Assembly (NCBI GenBank): GCA_964619725.1
Contig: CAZUFC010000064.1
Span: forward strand, 1 to 47,128
Length of the DNA stretch: 47,128 bases
From: an uncultured bacterium
GTDB lineage: Bacteria; CSSED10-310; CAZUFC01
Direction of reading: 5' to 3'
Made by a program: the position numbers and the translations under genes
Part shown: positions 1 to 10,567 of the stretch, in pieces
Position numbering within the stretch: the stretch's first letter is position 1
Layout of the letters: each line of letters starts with the position of its first letter
The notes under the pieces: model-generated
Database searches by the model: none
What the model was told of the DNA's origin: nothing
Seen by the model: only the letters and a program-made list of their open reading frames with translations

Positions 1-66
1 TGGAATACTTGGAAAAATTTTTCTCCAAAATCCTGCACAGCGGAAAAAGCTCGAAAAGGATATCTC

Positions 67-95
67 TTGACCGAACCTTGTTCGTATGGTAAAAC
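67..95 (+). promoter_or_regulatory. Putative sigma70 promoter for the histidine kinase gene
   Basis: TTGACC (67-72), 17-bp spacer, TAAAAC (90-95), about 185 nt upstream of ATG 281. Confidence 0.4.
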
Positions 96-280
96 AATGC
101 TGTGGGGAGTCGGCTTAAATTGAACCATCAATATAGCCGACGTCATTTCTTACTATAAAATCAGAAACTTAAGAAAAAAATCTTGCGGTTCAGCGGGCAT
201 TGCAGGTCAAGCCTGAAGTAATAATCGTTAGATTATAATTTGTTTGCAACTCAAACAAAAATAAGCCACAGGGGAAGATA

Positions 281-3200
281 ATGCATGACGTGCCGACTTA
301 TGAAGAATTAATGCAAAAGGTTCAGGAGTTGAAGGCGGCAGCTCAGGAATCGAAGGAAATGAGGGAACGAGAGCGACACATCAAAAAAGTTCTTTTGGCG
401 ATTCGGAATGTGGATCAGTTAATAACGACGGAAACCGATCCTGAGCGATTAATCGCTCGGGTGTGCGAGAGTTTGACAGCGACGCTGGGATATTACAATG
501 CCTGGGTAATGTTGATTGATGAATCAGGGAGAGCTGAGGCGACGGCATCGGCGGGATTTAACGGCAAATTCGGGATAATGGAGGAGCAAATCAGGCGCGG
601 GAATTTCACGGCATGCATGGAGAAGGCTTTAAAAACGGATGAGCTTGTAGTCGTGGAAAACCCGGCAGTTCAATGCAGGGACTGTCCTTTGTCGATCGAA
701 TATGCTGACCGTTCCGGGTTATCATATCGTTTGTGTCATAATAATTCGCTTTATGGGATAATATCTGTATCAGTTCCTTCGGAATTTGCCTGTGATGAGG
801 AGTCTTTGCATCTGTTTAAGGAATTAGCCGGGGACCTGGCGTTCGCATTGGACAAAATAGGGGAATCCAGGGCTTTACGTCTCGCCAACGACATAATAGT
901 CCGCAGTCCTGCCGTGGCTTTTGTCTGGAAGAATGCGGCGGGGTGGCCGGTCGAGTTTGCTTCTGAAAATGTGGACCGGCTTTTCGGCTGGCATGCGAGC
1001 GAATTCACGTCAGGCAAGATACCTTATAGCGAGGTCATACACCCTGATGATCTCGAAAGAGTATCCCGGGAGGTGATTACGAGCAGCGAAGCCCCGACGG
1101 CGAAAACGGTGGACCATGAACATTACCGTATAATACGCCGGGACGGGGTAGTTCGCTGGGTTCAGGACATGACGCATATAAGGCGTTCTGAAGAGGGAAA
1201 AGTTACGGCGTTTGAAGGAATATTGCTTGACGTTACCGAGCGGCATAACATTGAAGAGGAGCTGAAGCGGAGTCGTGAACAATTTATGCTGGCGGTGAGG
1301 GGCAGCGCTGACGGCATATGGGACTGGAATTTGCGCGATAACAGTTTATTTCTTTCAGAGAAGTGGAAGGAAATGCTGGGTTACAGAGACGATGAGCTTT
1401 CCAATGCTTTTTCCACTTTTGAAGACAACCTTCACCCGGAAGACAGGCAGCGGGTCATGAATTATGTGAACCGTTATCTCAAAGGTGAATTTGACGAATA
1501 TGACATCGAATTCAGGATGCGTCATAAGGATGGGAGTTACCGTTGGATTCTGGCGAGAGGTCAGGCTGTCTTTGATGAAAACGGGATACCTTTCCGCATG
1601 GCCGGTTCTCATACTGATATTACCGAGCGGAAGAAGGCGGAGGAACATCTTTTGGGTTTGGCGTTGATCCTGGAGCATTCCGACAGCATTGCGGTTTTCA
1701 AGGATGTTTCGTTGCGTTACATAATGGTCAACCGGAAATACCTGGAGCTGACGGGTTACAAGAGCGTAGAGGAAGTGATAGGCAAGACGGATGAGGAACT
1801 TTTCAGGGATTTGGCGACCGAAGAGCAGATACATGATTATATGCAAAACGACCGTGACGCCCTCAAACTGCCTAAAGGACAGGTGAATCATTTTGAAGAA
1901 CATTTTCCCGGCGAGGACGGAAGGGACAGGATATTTTTGACTAAGAAGTTTCCTATTTATGAGGATGAAAAAGAAAAACTCATCGGAGTCGGGACGATCA
2001 GCATAGAGATAACGGACCGCAAACGCGCCGAAGAGGAGTTGGCTGAGAAGAAACGGGAATTCGAGCATATCTTTGATAATTCTCATGTAGGCATAATGTT
2101 TTTACGAGGGGGACGAATTTTTGCCAGGGGCAACCAGAGGTTAGCGGATATACTCGGATATAAGAATCCTGAAGAAATGGTCGGGATGGGTATGAGGAAA
2201 TTGCATTTGAATGAAGAGCGATACCGGGAATTTGGTGAAAGGCATTACGCCAAACTCGTGGAAGGGGAGCAGTTCCAGGTGGAATATCAGTTGCGCCGCA
2301 AGGACGGTATTCCCGTTTGGTGCACTTTATCCGGCAAGGCATTGGATACGAATGATCTGGACCGCGGCGTCATCTGGGTTATTGATGATTTGGAATCCCG
2401 CAAGCAGGCTGAGAGGGACCTGTTGGAATCAAACCGAAGACTGGCGGAAGCCACTGAACGCGCAAACCAAATGGCTATCCATGCGGAAAAGGCCAATGAA
2501 GCGAAGAGTGAATTCTTAGCCAACATGAGTCATGAGATACGAACGCCGTTGAACGGGGTAATCGGCATGACGGAATTGCTGCTGGATTCTGATCTTGACG
2601 ATGAACAACGCCGTTATGCTGAAATATTGAGCGCGAGCGGTGAATCATTATTAGACCTGATAAACGATATACTGGATTATTCCAAAATAGAAGCCCATAG
2701 ATTGGAACTGGAAATCATTGACTTCGACCTGGAAGGCTTAATGGAAGACTTGGCATCTGCAATGGCGCTTAAAGCGCATGAAAAGGGGCTCGAACTGATC
2801 AGCAACGTGAATCCGGGAACCCCGACTCTTCTTCGGGGAGACCCGGTTCGCCTGCGTCAAATACTGACGAACCTGATGGGCAACGCCGTAAAATTTACCG
2901 AAAAAGGGGAAGTGGCGGTCCAGGTAAAAGCAGAGTCGCAGACTGATGAGAATGCTTTATTGCGATTTTCAGTTAAAGATACAGGGATAGGCATTTCCCG
3001 GGAAAGTCAGAAGGAATTGTTTCAGAAATTTACTCAGGTGGACGCATCGAACACCCGAAAATATGGAGGTACCGGATTGGGATTAGCCATCTCCAAGCGC
3101 TTGGTTGAGTTGATGGAGGGTCAGATCGGCGTTGACAGCAAAGAAGGCAGAGGATCGGAATTCTGGTTTAAGGTCCGATTGGAAAAAAGTTCGGAAAAAT

Positions 3201-4486
3201 CGCATCATGAAAATGTCCCGCTGGAGGATTTATCAGGAATCAAAGCATTGGTGGTTGACGACAACGCAACCAACCGGGAAATATTACTCACCAGATTCTC
3301 TTCCTGGAATATGCGGGTAAAAGAAACCGAGGACGCCCCCTCAGCGCTTCAGGTCCTCGATTCTGCCGTCCAAGCAGACGATCCCTTTCATCTGGCGGTT
3401 ATTGATATGCAGATGCCGGGAATGAACGGCATCAGACTCGCAAAAACCGTCAGAGAGAAGCCTCAACTGGCGGACCTGAAAATGGTCATTTTAACCTCTT
3501 TGGGTATGAAAGGCAGTTCAGATCAATTCTATGAAGCGGGTTTTGATGCTTTTCTAACGAAACCTGTTCGACGCAGCGAATTGAGAGATGTGATTTCGAA
3601 TCTTATGGGGAAAAGCAACGATCAAGACTCAGGACCGTACGCAATAAGGTCCGGCAGCTCAAACCGCAGAAACAGAAAATACTTTGATGGCGCAGAATTG
3701 AGCCTATTGCTCGTTGAAGACAATTTTACCAATCAGCAAGTCACATTAGGAATGCTCAAAAACCTGGGACTTAATGCCGATATCGCCTCGAACGGTAAAG
3801 AAGCTCTTAGTGCGTTGGAAAAGAGGTCATACGATTTGGTCCTTATGGATGTTCAAATGCCCGAAATGGACGGCCTGGAAGCCACGCGCATCATTCGTAA
3901 CCCCGATTCAGATGTCCTGGATCACCAGACGCCCATTATCGCTATGACCGCTCATGCCTTGACCGGTGATAAAGAAAAATGTCTGGAAGCGGGTATGAAC
4001 GGTTATATCGCTAAACCCGTCTCATCGAAAAACTTGATTAATACATTGAAAGAATGGCTTCCGGAGCCTAAATCGGTATCGACGGACATCCGGGCGAAGC
4101 TGAAAAATTACGGTCAGAAAAAAGAAGAAAAAAATCTTAAAAATAAAGTTATATGGGACAGGAAGCTTATGATGGATCGGCTTATGCTTGACGATGACTT
4201 CGCAGCCACTGTCGTAAAGACTTTTCTTGAGGATGTTCCGGAAAAAATCGACATGCTGAAAAAGAATGTTCAAAACAGCGATTTCGAAGCTGCGCAAAGA
4301 ATTGCCCATACGATTAAAGGGGCTTCCGGAAATATTAATGCAGAGGCGTTACGTGAGAATATTTGCCTTGTGGAAAAAGCGTTGCAGGTAAAGAATATCT
4401 CGAAAGCCCGATCATTGCTGCCGGAAATCGAAAAAGCGTTTAAACTTCTTAATAGAGAAATCGACTCATTTCTGAATGAGAATTAA
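281..4486 (+). CDS. Cytoplasmic hybrid sensor histidine kinase (GAF-PASx4-HisKA-HATPase-REC-REC-Hpt)
   Basis: H-box EFLANMSHEIRTPLNG; N/G boxes NLMGNAVKFT, VKDTGIGI, GGTGLGLAI; two receivers (LVVDDN..DMQMP, LLVEDN..DVQMP); Hpt AHTIKGASGNI; PAS/PAC motifs ending DVTER, DITER, EITDR; no TM helix. Confidence 0.95.
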   Translation: MHDVPTYEELMQKVQELKAAAQESKEMRERERHIKKVLLAIRNVDQLITTETDPERLIARVCESLTATLGYYNAWVMLIDESGRAEATASAGFNGKFGIMEEQIRRGNFTACMEKALKTDELVVVENPAVQCRDCPLSIEYADRSGLSYRLCHNNSLYGIISVSVPSEFACDEESLHLFKELAGDLAFALDKIGESRALRLANDIIVRSPAVAFVWKNAAGWPVEFASENVDRLFGWHASEFTSGKIPYSEVIHPDDLERVSREVITSSEAPTAKTVDHEHYRIIRRDGVVRWVQDMTHIRRSEEGKVTAFEGILLDVTERHNIEEELKRSREQFMLAVRGSADGIWDWNLRDNSLFLSEKWKEMLGYRDDELSNAFSTFEDNLHPEDRQRVMNYVNRYLKGEFDEYDIEFRMRHKDGSYRWILARGQAVFDENGIPFRMAGSHTDITERKKAEEHLLGLALILEHSDSIAVFKDVSLRYIMVNRKYLELTGYKSVEEVIGKTDEELFRDLATEEQIHDYMQNDRDALKLPKGQVNHFEEHFPGEDGRDRIFLTKKFPIYEDEKEKLIGVGTISIEITDRKRAEEELAEKKREFEHIFDNSHVGIMFLRGGRIFARGNQRLADILGYKNPEEMVGMGMRKLHLNEERYREFGERHYAKLVEGEQFQVEYQLRRKDGIPVWCTLSGKALDTNDLDRGVIWVIDDLESRKQAERDLLESNRRLAEATERANQMAIHAEKANEAKSEFLANMSHEIRTPLNGVIGMTELLLDSDLDDEQRRYAEILSASGESLLDLINDILDYSKIEAHRLELEIIDFDLEGLMEDLASAMALKAHEKGLELISNVNPGTPTLLRGDPVRLRQILTNLMGNAVKFTEKGEVAVQVKAESQTDENALLRFSVKDTGIGISRESQKELFQKFTQVDASNTRKYGGTGLGLAISKRLVELMEGQIGVDSKEGRGSEFWFKVRLEKSSEKSHHENVPLEDLSGIKALVVDDNATNREILLTRFSSWNMRVKETEDAPSALQVLDSAVQADDPFHLAVIDMQMPGMNGIRLAKTVREKPQLADLKMVILTSLGMKGSSDQFYEAGFDAFLTKPVRRSELRDVISNLMGKSNDQDSGPYAIRSGSSNRRNRKYFDGAELSLLLVEDNFTNQQVTLGMLKNLGLNADIASNGKEALSALEKRSYDLVLMDVQMPEMDGLEATRIIRNPDSDVLDHQTPIIAMTAHALTGDKEKCLEAGMNGYIAKPVSSKNLINTLKEWLPEPKSVSTDIRAKLKNYGQKKEEKNLKNKVIWDRKLMMDRLMLDDDFAATVVKTFLEDVPEKIDMLKKNVQNSDFEAAQRIAHTIKGASGNINAEALRENICLVEKALQVKNISKARSLLPEIEKAFKLLNREIDSFLNEN

Positions 4487-4521
4487 TCATTGCGAAAGAC
4501 GATCCGTAAAAAATCTACAGC

Positions 4522-4630
4522 GAAGCGATGATTTCCTGATAAATAAAAATCGCTAATTTCTCGATCAAAAAGTCGCAGCACCTGTTCGCTACGGTATGCC
4601 GGGAAAAAATGAGTTTGGGGACAGGCGCTA
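4522..4630. repeat. Repeat family B, degenerate copy (non-autonomous element end)
   Basis: TGATAAATAAAAATCGCTAATTTCTCGATCAAAAAGTCGCAG...GAGTTTGGGGACAGGCGCTA aligns with 46963-47075 (TGATAAACAAAAAAATCGCTCATTTCTGGATCAAAAACCGCAG...GAGTTTATGGACAGGCACTA). Confidence 0.7.
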
Positions 4631-5806
4631 ATAAAGGTAATACTGCCTGACCCGTTCCCGGTATTCTTGAATCGAAACATCGAATTGACTGAGGATTGCG
4701 GAGGGCTCCGACCCCTTTTCCAGGTCTTCTCGAATTTTGGGATTCCCCGTCAGGATGTCGATGGGCATTTTTTCATTTTCATATTCGTATGGCGGCTGTT
4801 TCCATCTGAAATCATCTCGGTAGGAATGCATGACCTCATGCAACACGGTCAATCCCGTCAGATATGACTGATAGCGGTCTCGATCCGTAACGTGAATACG
4901 GCATCCCCCGCATAGTTTTCCTTTCCACTTTTGAAAAGTCGGCAGGAAATGCATGGGGCGAAAGCGAACGCCGGGGAGATTCTTCTCGTTTAATCTGTAC
5001 GACGTTTCATAGGGATCAATAAAGGGGGCCCCGAATATTTCAAAAGGGCGCGTTGTCCCTCGTCCTTCCGATACGTTTGTCCCTTCCAGCAGACACATTC
5101 CCGGATAGACGACGGCGGTTTCAAGAGTCGGCATATTGGGAGAAGGCATAACCCAGGGCAATCCCGACTCGTCAAACCACATGTTTCGTTTCCATCCTTT
5201 CATTGGCATGATTTCCAGTTCCAGATCGATTTTATGCTCTTTCGATATATAACGCGCCAGCTCACCCAGCGTCAAAGAATGCCTCACGGGGATCGGAAAA
5301 CGTCCCACGAAAGAAGCGTATTCCGTTAAAAGCAGATTCCCCTCAATATATTTTCCAGTTATAGGATTAGGGCGGTCCATCACCACAAGCGGTATGCCGG
5401 CTTCACTGCATGATTCCATTAAATAAGACAAGGTTGATCCGTATGTATAGTAACGAGTGCCCACATCCTGAAAATCCACTATCATTACGCTGAGATTTTC
5501 GATCCATTCGGGTAAAGGTTTTCGGTGAGCGCCGTATAATGAAAAAACGTCAATTCCTGTGCGGGGTTCTTTGAAACCTTGCCATTCGACCATATTATCC
5601 TGGGTTTGACCGTGGATGCCGTGTTGAGGGCCGAAAAGCGCTTTTACTTGTATTTCGGGATGCCCGTAAAGCAAGTCGAATGCATGGTTCAGATCGGCGT
5701 TAACCGAAGCAGGGTGAACGGCTAGTCCCGCATGGCGGTTTTTACAATAATCAGGAACGCACTCCAGGAATGCATCCAATCCGCTCTTAATTTGTTTTTT
5801 CTTCAT
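4628..5806 (-). CDS. namZ: Exo-beta-N-acetylmuramidase NamZ / DUF1343 (YbbC) family
   Basis: Motifs LFGPQHG, DFQDVGTRYYTY, DRPNP, SPNMPT, EGTNVSEGRGT; no obvious signal peptide. Confidence 0.9.
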   Translation of the reverse strand: MKKKQIKSGLDAFLECVPDYCKNRHAGLAVHPASVNADLNHAFDLLYGHPEIQVKALFGPQHGIHGQTQDNMVEWQGFKEPRTGIDVFSLYGAHRKPLPEWIENLSVMIVDFQDVGTRYYTYGSTLSYLMESCSEAGIPLVVMDRPNPITGKYIEGNLLLTEYASFVGRFPIPVRHSLTLGELARYISKEHKIDLELEIMPMKGWKRNMWFDESGLPWVMPSPNMPTLETAVVYPGMCLLEGTNVSEGRGTTRPFEIFGAPFIDPYETSYRLNEKNLPGVRFRPMHFLPTFQKWKGKLCGGCRIHVTDRDRYQSYLTGLTVLHEVMHSYRDDFRWKQPPYEYENEKMPIDILTGNPKIREDLEKGSEPSAILSQFDVSIQEYRERVRQYYLY

Positions 5807-5849
5807 GGATAGGTATCCGCAATGAATCCGTTGAATTTTTTCCGGCGCG

Positions 5850-7007
5850 TTATCCTTTTATTTGCGACTTCAACTTCTTGACTGCTTCATTAAAGGTTTC
5901 AATAATCCGGCCGGTTTCATCAAGCGTATCAGGTCTCACTCTCGTTTCCAGATCACCTTCAGATAATTCTTTGAAGCCTGCTTCGAGTCTCAGGAGAGGG
6001 GCCCGGATATTTTTTCGGTAATGATTCATCGCGACCATTACGATGAAGAAGGAAATGCTGATCATAACGGCCAACAACAAACGCATTTTAAAGAATATCT
6101 GTTCGTTTAGCGTATACATTTTATCCAGAACGAAGAATGCCGTATCCCGTTTTTCCGACGTTATTATTCCCCAACCCGGCGACTCCATCGATTCCGCCGT
6201 ACCGATCCATTCGACTCCTTTTTCGTCTGAATATTGATGCAGCCCCGCCGTAATGTCACGCTGATATTCCTGAACGATGGGCAGGTAACTGTAATCGGAA
6301 CGGGACAATGCAACGTCATAGTCTGGATGCAATATCGCCTTACCCTGTCGATCTACTACAAACGCATACCCAGTATCTCCAACCTTGAAATCGCTGATAA
6401 AAGCCTCCAGCGGCGTCAGATCGACCAGAACAAGCATGAGGCCCGCCGGCTTACCTTCAACATTCGGCATAGGATGGCCCATCATTAACATCAGTTCCTC
6501 TTCTTCGGGAATCCCGAATACTTCTCCGTAAAAAAATTCACGCGGTACGTTCTCGCTGATGTCCACGCTCATGATAACTTCGTGCGCCAGAGAACTCTCC
6601 TCATCCGAAAGACTCTGCATCGATAATATTTCTTCTCCCAGATCAGTCATCAGGATTATTTGTTTGAGAGAAGGAGTGGCGTCCAGATATTTCGTCAAAT
6701 AATCTTTTTTCTGGGAACGAGTCAGCTTGATGAACCACTCAGCCCTGATGATTCGCTCCATATTTATCCGTTGATTCTCCAGATACTCCGTGATGAAATC
6801 CTCTACATATCGCCGGGATTGATTGTGAACCTGGCGCACCTTGATCGTCATCTCCTCTTCATGCAGAGCGGTCAGACGATCGCAGTGAGGTTTAAATATG
6901 AAAAATTCCAGCAGGGCTATGCCGGACAACGGAACGGCCATAGCTCCGATCAGGATTAAAACCAGAGTTCTCACTATTTTTTTATTTCTTTTTAACTCAG
7001 CGGCCAT
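5850..7007 (-). CDS. Membrane Cache (dCache-like) + HAMP protein with no output domain
   Basis: N-terminal TM, extracytoplasmic KVGDTGYAFVVDRQGKAILHPD Cache motif, second TM, HAMP (PLLRL..GDLETRV..DETGRIIETFN), then stop. Confidence 0.85.
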   Translation of the reverse strand: MAAELKRNKKIVRTLVLILIGAMAVPLSGIALLEFFIFKPHCDRLTALHEEEMTIKVRQVHNQSRRYVEDFITEYLENQRINMERIIRAEWFIKLTRSQKKDYLTKYLDATPSLKQIILMTDLGEEILSMQSLSDEESSLAHEVIMSVDISENVPREFFYGEVFGIPEEEELMLMMGHPMPNVEGKPAGLMLVLVDLTPLEAFISDFKVGDTGYAFVVDRQGKAILHPDYDVALSRSDYSYLPIVQEYQRDITAGLHQYSDEKGVEWIGTAESMESPGWGIITSEKRDTAFFVLDKMYTLNEQIFFKMRLLLAVMISISFFIVMVAMNHYRKNIRAPLLRLEAGFKELSEGDLETRVRPDTLDETGRIIETFNEAVKKLKSQIKG

Positions 7008-7185
7008 TTTATTGACTCCTGTCTGCAGATTTGGTCAAAAAGTCTTAATGAATGAAAGCTAGAAGAAAACAGTAAGAATATCAATTGAAAAGCATTCGAG
7101 AGGCCGTCATTTTTTTCATTTGCCGGTCCGTCGGCAGTCAAAAACCGTTCACATAAGCGATTTTTCAGGTTAAGTCCAATGCCGT

Positions 7186-8235
7186 TCAAACTCTGGACAG
7201 CACGCCTTTATCCTGCAGTCGATGATAAGCGAGATCGTGATGGATGAATCCCTTTTTCACCAGGTCTATCAGTGATTGATCCATGGTCTGCATACTATCT
7301 TTACGGCCTCCCTGGATCAACGACGTCAACTGATGAGTTTTTCCTTCCCGGATAACGTTGCCTATGGCCGGCGTGCCCATCATGATTTCCACGGCAGGCA
7401 CTCGACCCTTTCCGTTTTTCATGGGTAAAAGCTGCTGGGAAACGACTCCTTTGATGGTCGCTGCCAGGACGTAGCGGATGTGATTCTGTTCGCTTTCGGG
7501 GAAGACGTCTATAATTCTGTCCACCGTTTTAACCGCGCTGTTGGTATGAATGGTAGCAAAAACCAGACTTCCGGTTTCTGCGGCGTTCAGCGTCAACGTT
7601 ATCGTTTCCAGGTCCCTCATCTCACCGACAATAATAATGTCAACATCCTGACGGCCGCCGGACCGCAAAGCCTTCGCGAAAGATTCCGTCTCCATCCCCA
7701 CCTCACGCTGCGTTATGATGCAGTTTTTATTGGTGTGAATGAATTCTATCGGGTCCTCTATCGTTAGAATGTGCTTCTTCTTCTTTCTGTTGATAATGTC
7801 AGTGAGCGACGCCAGAGTTGTCGTTTTTCCAGACCCTGTGGCGCCCGTGATCAGCACCAGTCCGCTGTTCAATTCCGTAAGGGAATAAAGCGCCTCAGGC
7901 AAATTCAAATCGTCCAGACTCAGAATCTGCTCGGGTATCAGACGAAATACGCCGCTGATTCCATGCTGCTGGTTGAAAACCGTCACGCGAAAACGTCCGA
8001 TGTCATCTGCCATATAGGCGAAATCATATTCAAGCTGCTGCTCGAATTTGCTTATCTGCTCATTGGTCATGATTTCCATCAGCGTTTCTTCGCCGACTTC
8101 ATAGCTGATGATCGGGTGGTCCAGATAAAAAAGTTCCCCGTCTATCCTTATCAACGGCGGCGCTCCAACGTTATAATGAAGATCAGACGCATTATGTTCG
8201 GCTGCTATTTTCAGCAATTTATCAATCTTAGGCAT
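7186..8235 (-). CDS. pilT: Type IV pilus retraction ATPase, PilT/PilU family
   Basis: ASDLH, Walker A GATGSGKTT, TIEDPIE, GEMRDLET, AAETG, TIHTNSA, AIGNVIRE (AIRNLIRE-like). Confidence 0.92.
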   Translation of the reverse strand: MPKIDKLLKIAAEHNASDLHYNVGAPPLIRIDGELFYLDHPIISYEVGEETLMEIMTNEQISKFEQQLEYDFAYMADDIGRFRVTVFNQQHGISGVFRLIPEQILSLDDLNLPEALYSLTELNSGLVLITGATGSGKTTTLASLTDIINRKKKKHILTIEDPIEFIHTNKNCIITQREVGMETESFAKALRSGGRQDVDIIIVGEMRDLETITLTLNAAETGSLVFATIHTNSAVKTVDRIIDVFPESEQNHIRYVLAATIKGVVSQQLLPMKNGKGRVPAVEIMMGTPAIGNVIREGKTHQLTSLIQGGRKDSMQTMDQSLIDLVKKGFIHHDLAYHRLQDKGVLSRV

Positions 8236-8270
8236 TTTCGTGACCTCAAATTTTGCTTTTAATCGCTTTA

Positions 8271-9350
8271 TCAGTTCCTGGTTGCAGCCAGAAGAAACCT
8301 TTTCTTGTTCGCCGCACGTATTTTCGCTTCCTTGTAATCGATCTTACGCCTGCGCACCAGTTCCATCAGCGAATCGTCCATCAATTGCATTCCCCGCTCT
8401 GATCCGGTCTGCATCACGGAATGTATTTGATATGTCTTGGAATCTCGTATCAGTCGCGCTATAGAGCCTGTTCCGACCAGTATTTCCGACGCCACAACCA
8501 TCTCTTTGCCATGCGCTGACGGTATCAGTTGTTGAGTAATTATACCTCTTAACGATTCCGAAACCATCATGCGAATTTGGAGTTTCTGAGTTCCCGGAAA
8601 AATATCGATGATCCGGTCTATCGTTTGCACGGCGCTTTTCGTATGCAGCGTACCGAATACCAGATGACCGGTTTCCGCAGCGGTTATAGCCATCGATATA
8701 GTCTCCAGGTCCCGCATTTCTCCGACCAGGATGATGTCAGGATCTGCCCTCAGAGCCTGTTTCAGAGCTATTGCGAAAGACCGCGTATGGCGCCCTACTT
8801 CACGCTGATTTACCAGGGACTTTTTGTTGGTATGAATGAATTCAATCGGGTCTTCCACCGTTATGATGTGTCTTCGCTTGTTTTCGTTGATGTAATTCAG
8901 TAAAGCTGCCTGGGTAGTCGACTTGCCGCATCCCCGCGGACCCGTCACCAGAACCAGCCCCTGATTAAACTTGGTGAATTCCTTTACGACAGGAGGAAAT
9001 CCGAGCGTGTCGATATGAGGTATCTTGTTGGGGATCACGTGGAAAACGGCGTCCATGCCTTTTCTTTGAAAAAAAGCATTGCATCTAAACCTGTTCAGAT
9101 TGGTTATCTTGTATGCGAAATCGACTTCCTTTTTTTCTATCAGATAACGCCTTAATCGAGGTTCCAGTATCTCAAATATCAGCTCTTTGGTCTCATGACT
9201 CGTCAGCGGCGTATGAGCAATAGGCAGAAGTTCGCTTTTTATCCTTGCTTTCGGCGGCAAACCGACGCATATATGAAGGTCCGATCCGCCGACTTCTATG
9301 GTTTTCATTAAAAATTGATCGATTTTTGCCATCGATGCTCCTTTAATCAA
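8271..9350 (-). CDS. pilT: Type IV pilus retraction ATPase, PilT/PilU family (second paralog; start may be the MAKID Met)
   Basis: GSDLH, Walker A GPRGCGKST, TVEDPIE, GEMRDLET, AAETGHLVFGTLHT. Confidence 0.9.
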   Translation of the reverse strand: MIKGASMAKIDQFLMKTIEVGGSDLHICVGLPPKARIKSELLPIAHTPLTSHETKELIFEILEPRLRRYLIEKKEVDFAYKITNLNRFRCNAFFQRKGMDAVFHVIPNKIPHIDTLGFPPVVKEFTKFNQGLVLVTGPRGCGKSTTQAALLNYINENKRRHIITVEDPIEFIHTNKKSLVNQREVGRHTRSFAIALKQALRADPDIILVGEMRDLETISMAITAAETGHLVFGTLHTKSAVQTIDRIIDIFPGTQKLQIRMMVSESLRGIITQQLIPSAHGKEMVVASEILVGTGSIARLIRDSKTYQIHSVMQTGSERGMQLMDDSLMELVRRRKIDYKEAKIRAANKKRFLLAATRN

Positions 9351-9477
9351 ATTCGCAATCCAGGGGGAAAACCGCCCGGACCGAAATATAACATAACAGA
9401 AAAAGAAAAGTAAAGAACAAACCCATTTCCTCGCCGGTCAACGCATACTCGCAACAGGAAACTCGAAGAGGTTGCTC

Positions 9478-9506
9478 TTGACATCAGCCTGGCTCCTCTG
9501 TATACT
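9478..9506 (+). promoter_or_regulatory. Near-consensus sigma70 promoter for the oppD-oppF-exbB-exbD-exbD-tonB operon
   Basis: TTGACA (9478-9483), 17 bp, TATACT (9501-9506). Confidence 0.75.
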
Positions 9507-9578
9507 CAATCCCGGCTTTAAGCTGTGAACCGTTGTTTTATCAAGAGGATAACAGATACTGCGCCGAACGGAGAAGGA

Positions 9579-10553
9579 ATGGAGACGCTATTATCAATTC
9601 AGGGATTAAAGACCTATTTTTACACCGATGACGGCGTAGTCAAAGCCGTCGACGACGTCAGCATCGAGATAGGTAAAGGCGAGTGCCTGGGATTAGTGGG
9701 GGAAAGCGGGTGCGGAAAAAGCGTGACGTCTTTATCCATAATGCGGCTTATTCCTACGCCGCCCGGTAAGATCGAAGCGGGAACCATCAGTTTCAACGGC
9801 AAGAATCTCCTGGAACTCGATGAAAAGTCGATGCGAAAGATAAGGGGAAACGACATTTCGATGATCTTTCAGGAGCCGATGACCTCTTTGAATCCGGTTT
9901 TTACGATCGGAAACCAGATAGGCGAGGCTATCGAGCTGCATCAGCAGAAGAAGGGCAAGGCGCTTGAGGAAGAGGCAGTGAAGGCTTTGAAGGCAGTAAG
10001 TATTCCTGATCCGTATCAAAGGTTGACGGAATATCCTCACCAGTTGAGCGGTGGAATGCGGCAAAGAGTAATGATAGCCATGGCTTTATCCTGCAGACCT
10101 TCTCTCCTGATAGCCGATGAACCGACGACGGCCCTGGACGTCACTATACAGGCTCAAATTCTGGAACTCTTGAAATCCCTGCAGGACAGATTCTCCCTTT
10201 CCATGCTTCTTATCACTCATGATTTAGGAGTGGTGGCGGAGACGGCTCATCGCATAGCGGTAATGTATGCGGGGCATATTGTCGAAGAATCGACCACATA
10301 TAACATTTTTAAAAACACCAAGCATCCTTATACTCAGGGTCTGCTGAAATCTATTCCCCGAATCGACCGGTCCAATATCCATAAAGAAAAGCTGGCGACG
10401 ATAAAAGGCGTGGTTCCTGAATTGACCAATTTGCCGCAGGGATGCCGGTTTCAGGACCGTTGTCCGCATGTTCGAGACGAATGCCGGCAAGGACTGCTTC
10501 CATTGAAGCAGATATCAGACGATCACAAGGTCCGTTGCGTGCTTTATTATTGA
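9579..10553 (+). CDS. oppD: Oligo/dipeptide ABC transporter ATP-binding subunit
   Basis: [32 protein letters not shown]-terminal [10 protein letters not shown] oligo_HPY region; start placed at ATG 9579 after GAGAAGGA. Confidence 0.9.
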   Translation: METLLSIQGLKTYFYTDDGVVKAVDDVSIEIGKGECLGLVGESGCGKSVTSLSIMRLIPTPPGKIEAGTISFNGKNLLELDEKSMRKIRGNDISMIFQEPMTSLNPVFTIGNQIGEAIELHQQKKGKALEEEAVKALKAVSIPDPYQRLTEYPHQLSGGMRQRVMIAMALSCRPSLLIADEPTTALDVTIQAQILELLKSLQDRFSLSMLLITHDLGVVAETAHRIAVMYAGHIVEESTTYNIFKNTKHPYTQGLLKSIPRIDRSNIHKEKLATIKGVVPELTNLPQGCRFQDRCPHVRDECRQGLLPLKQISDDHKVRCVLYY

Positions 10554-10567
10554 GAAGGAACAGGAAA

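Noticed and set aside
281-4486. Hybrid histidine kinase as a novelty
   Set aside because: The GAF/PAS-HK-REC-REC-Hpt architecture is common, and all phospho-sites look intact
9525-10567. Longer starts for oppD (9525) and oppF (10442)
   Set aside because: The extensions lack family similarity, the oppF extension overlaps oppD by more than 100 bp, and SD-like sequences precede 9579 and 10568
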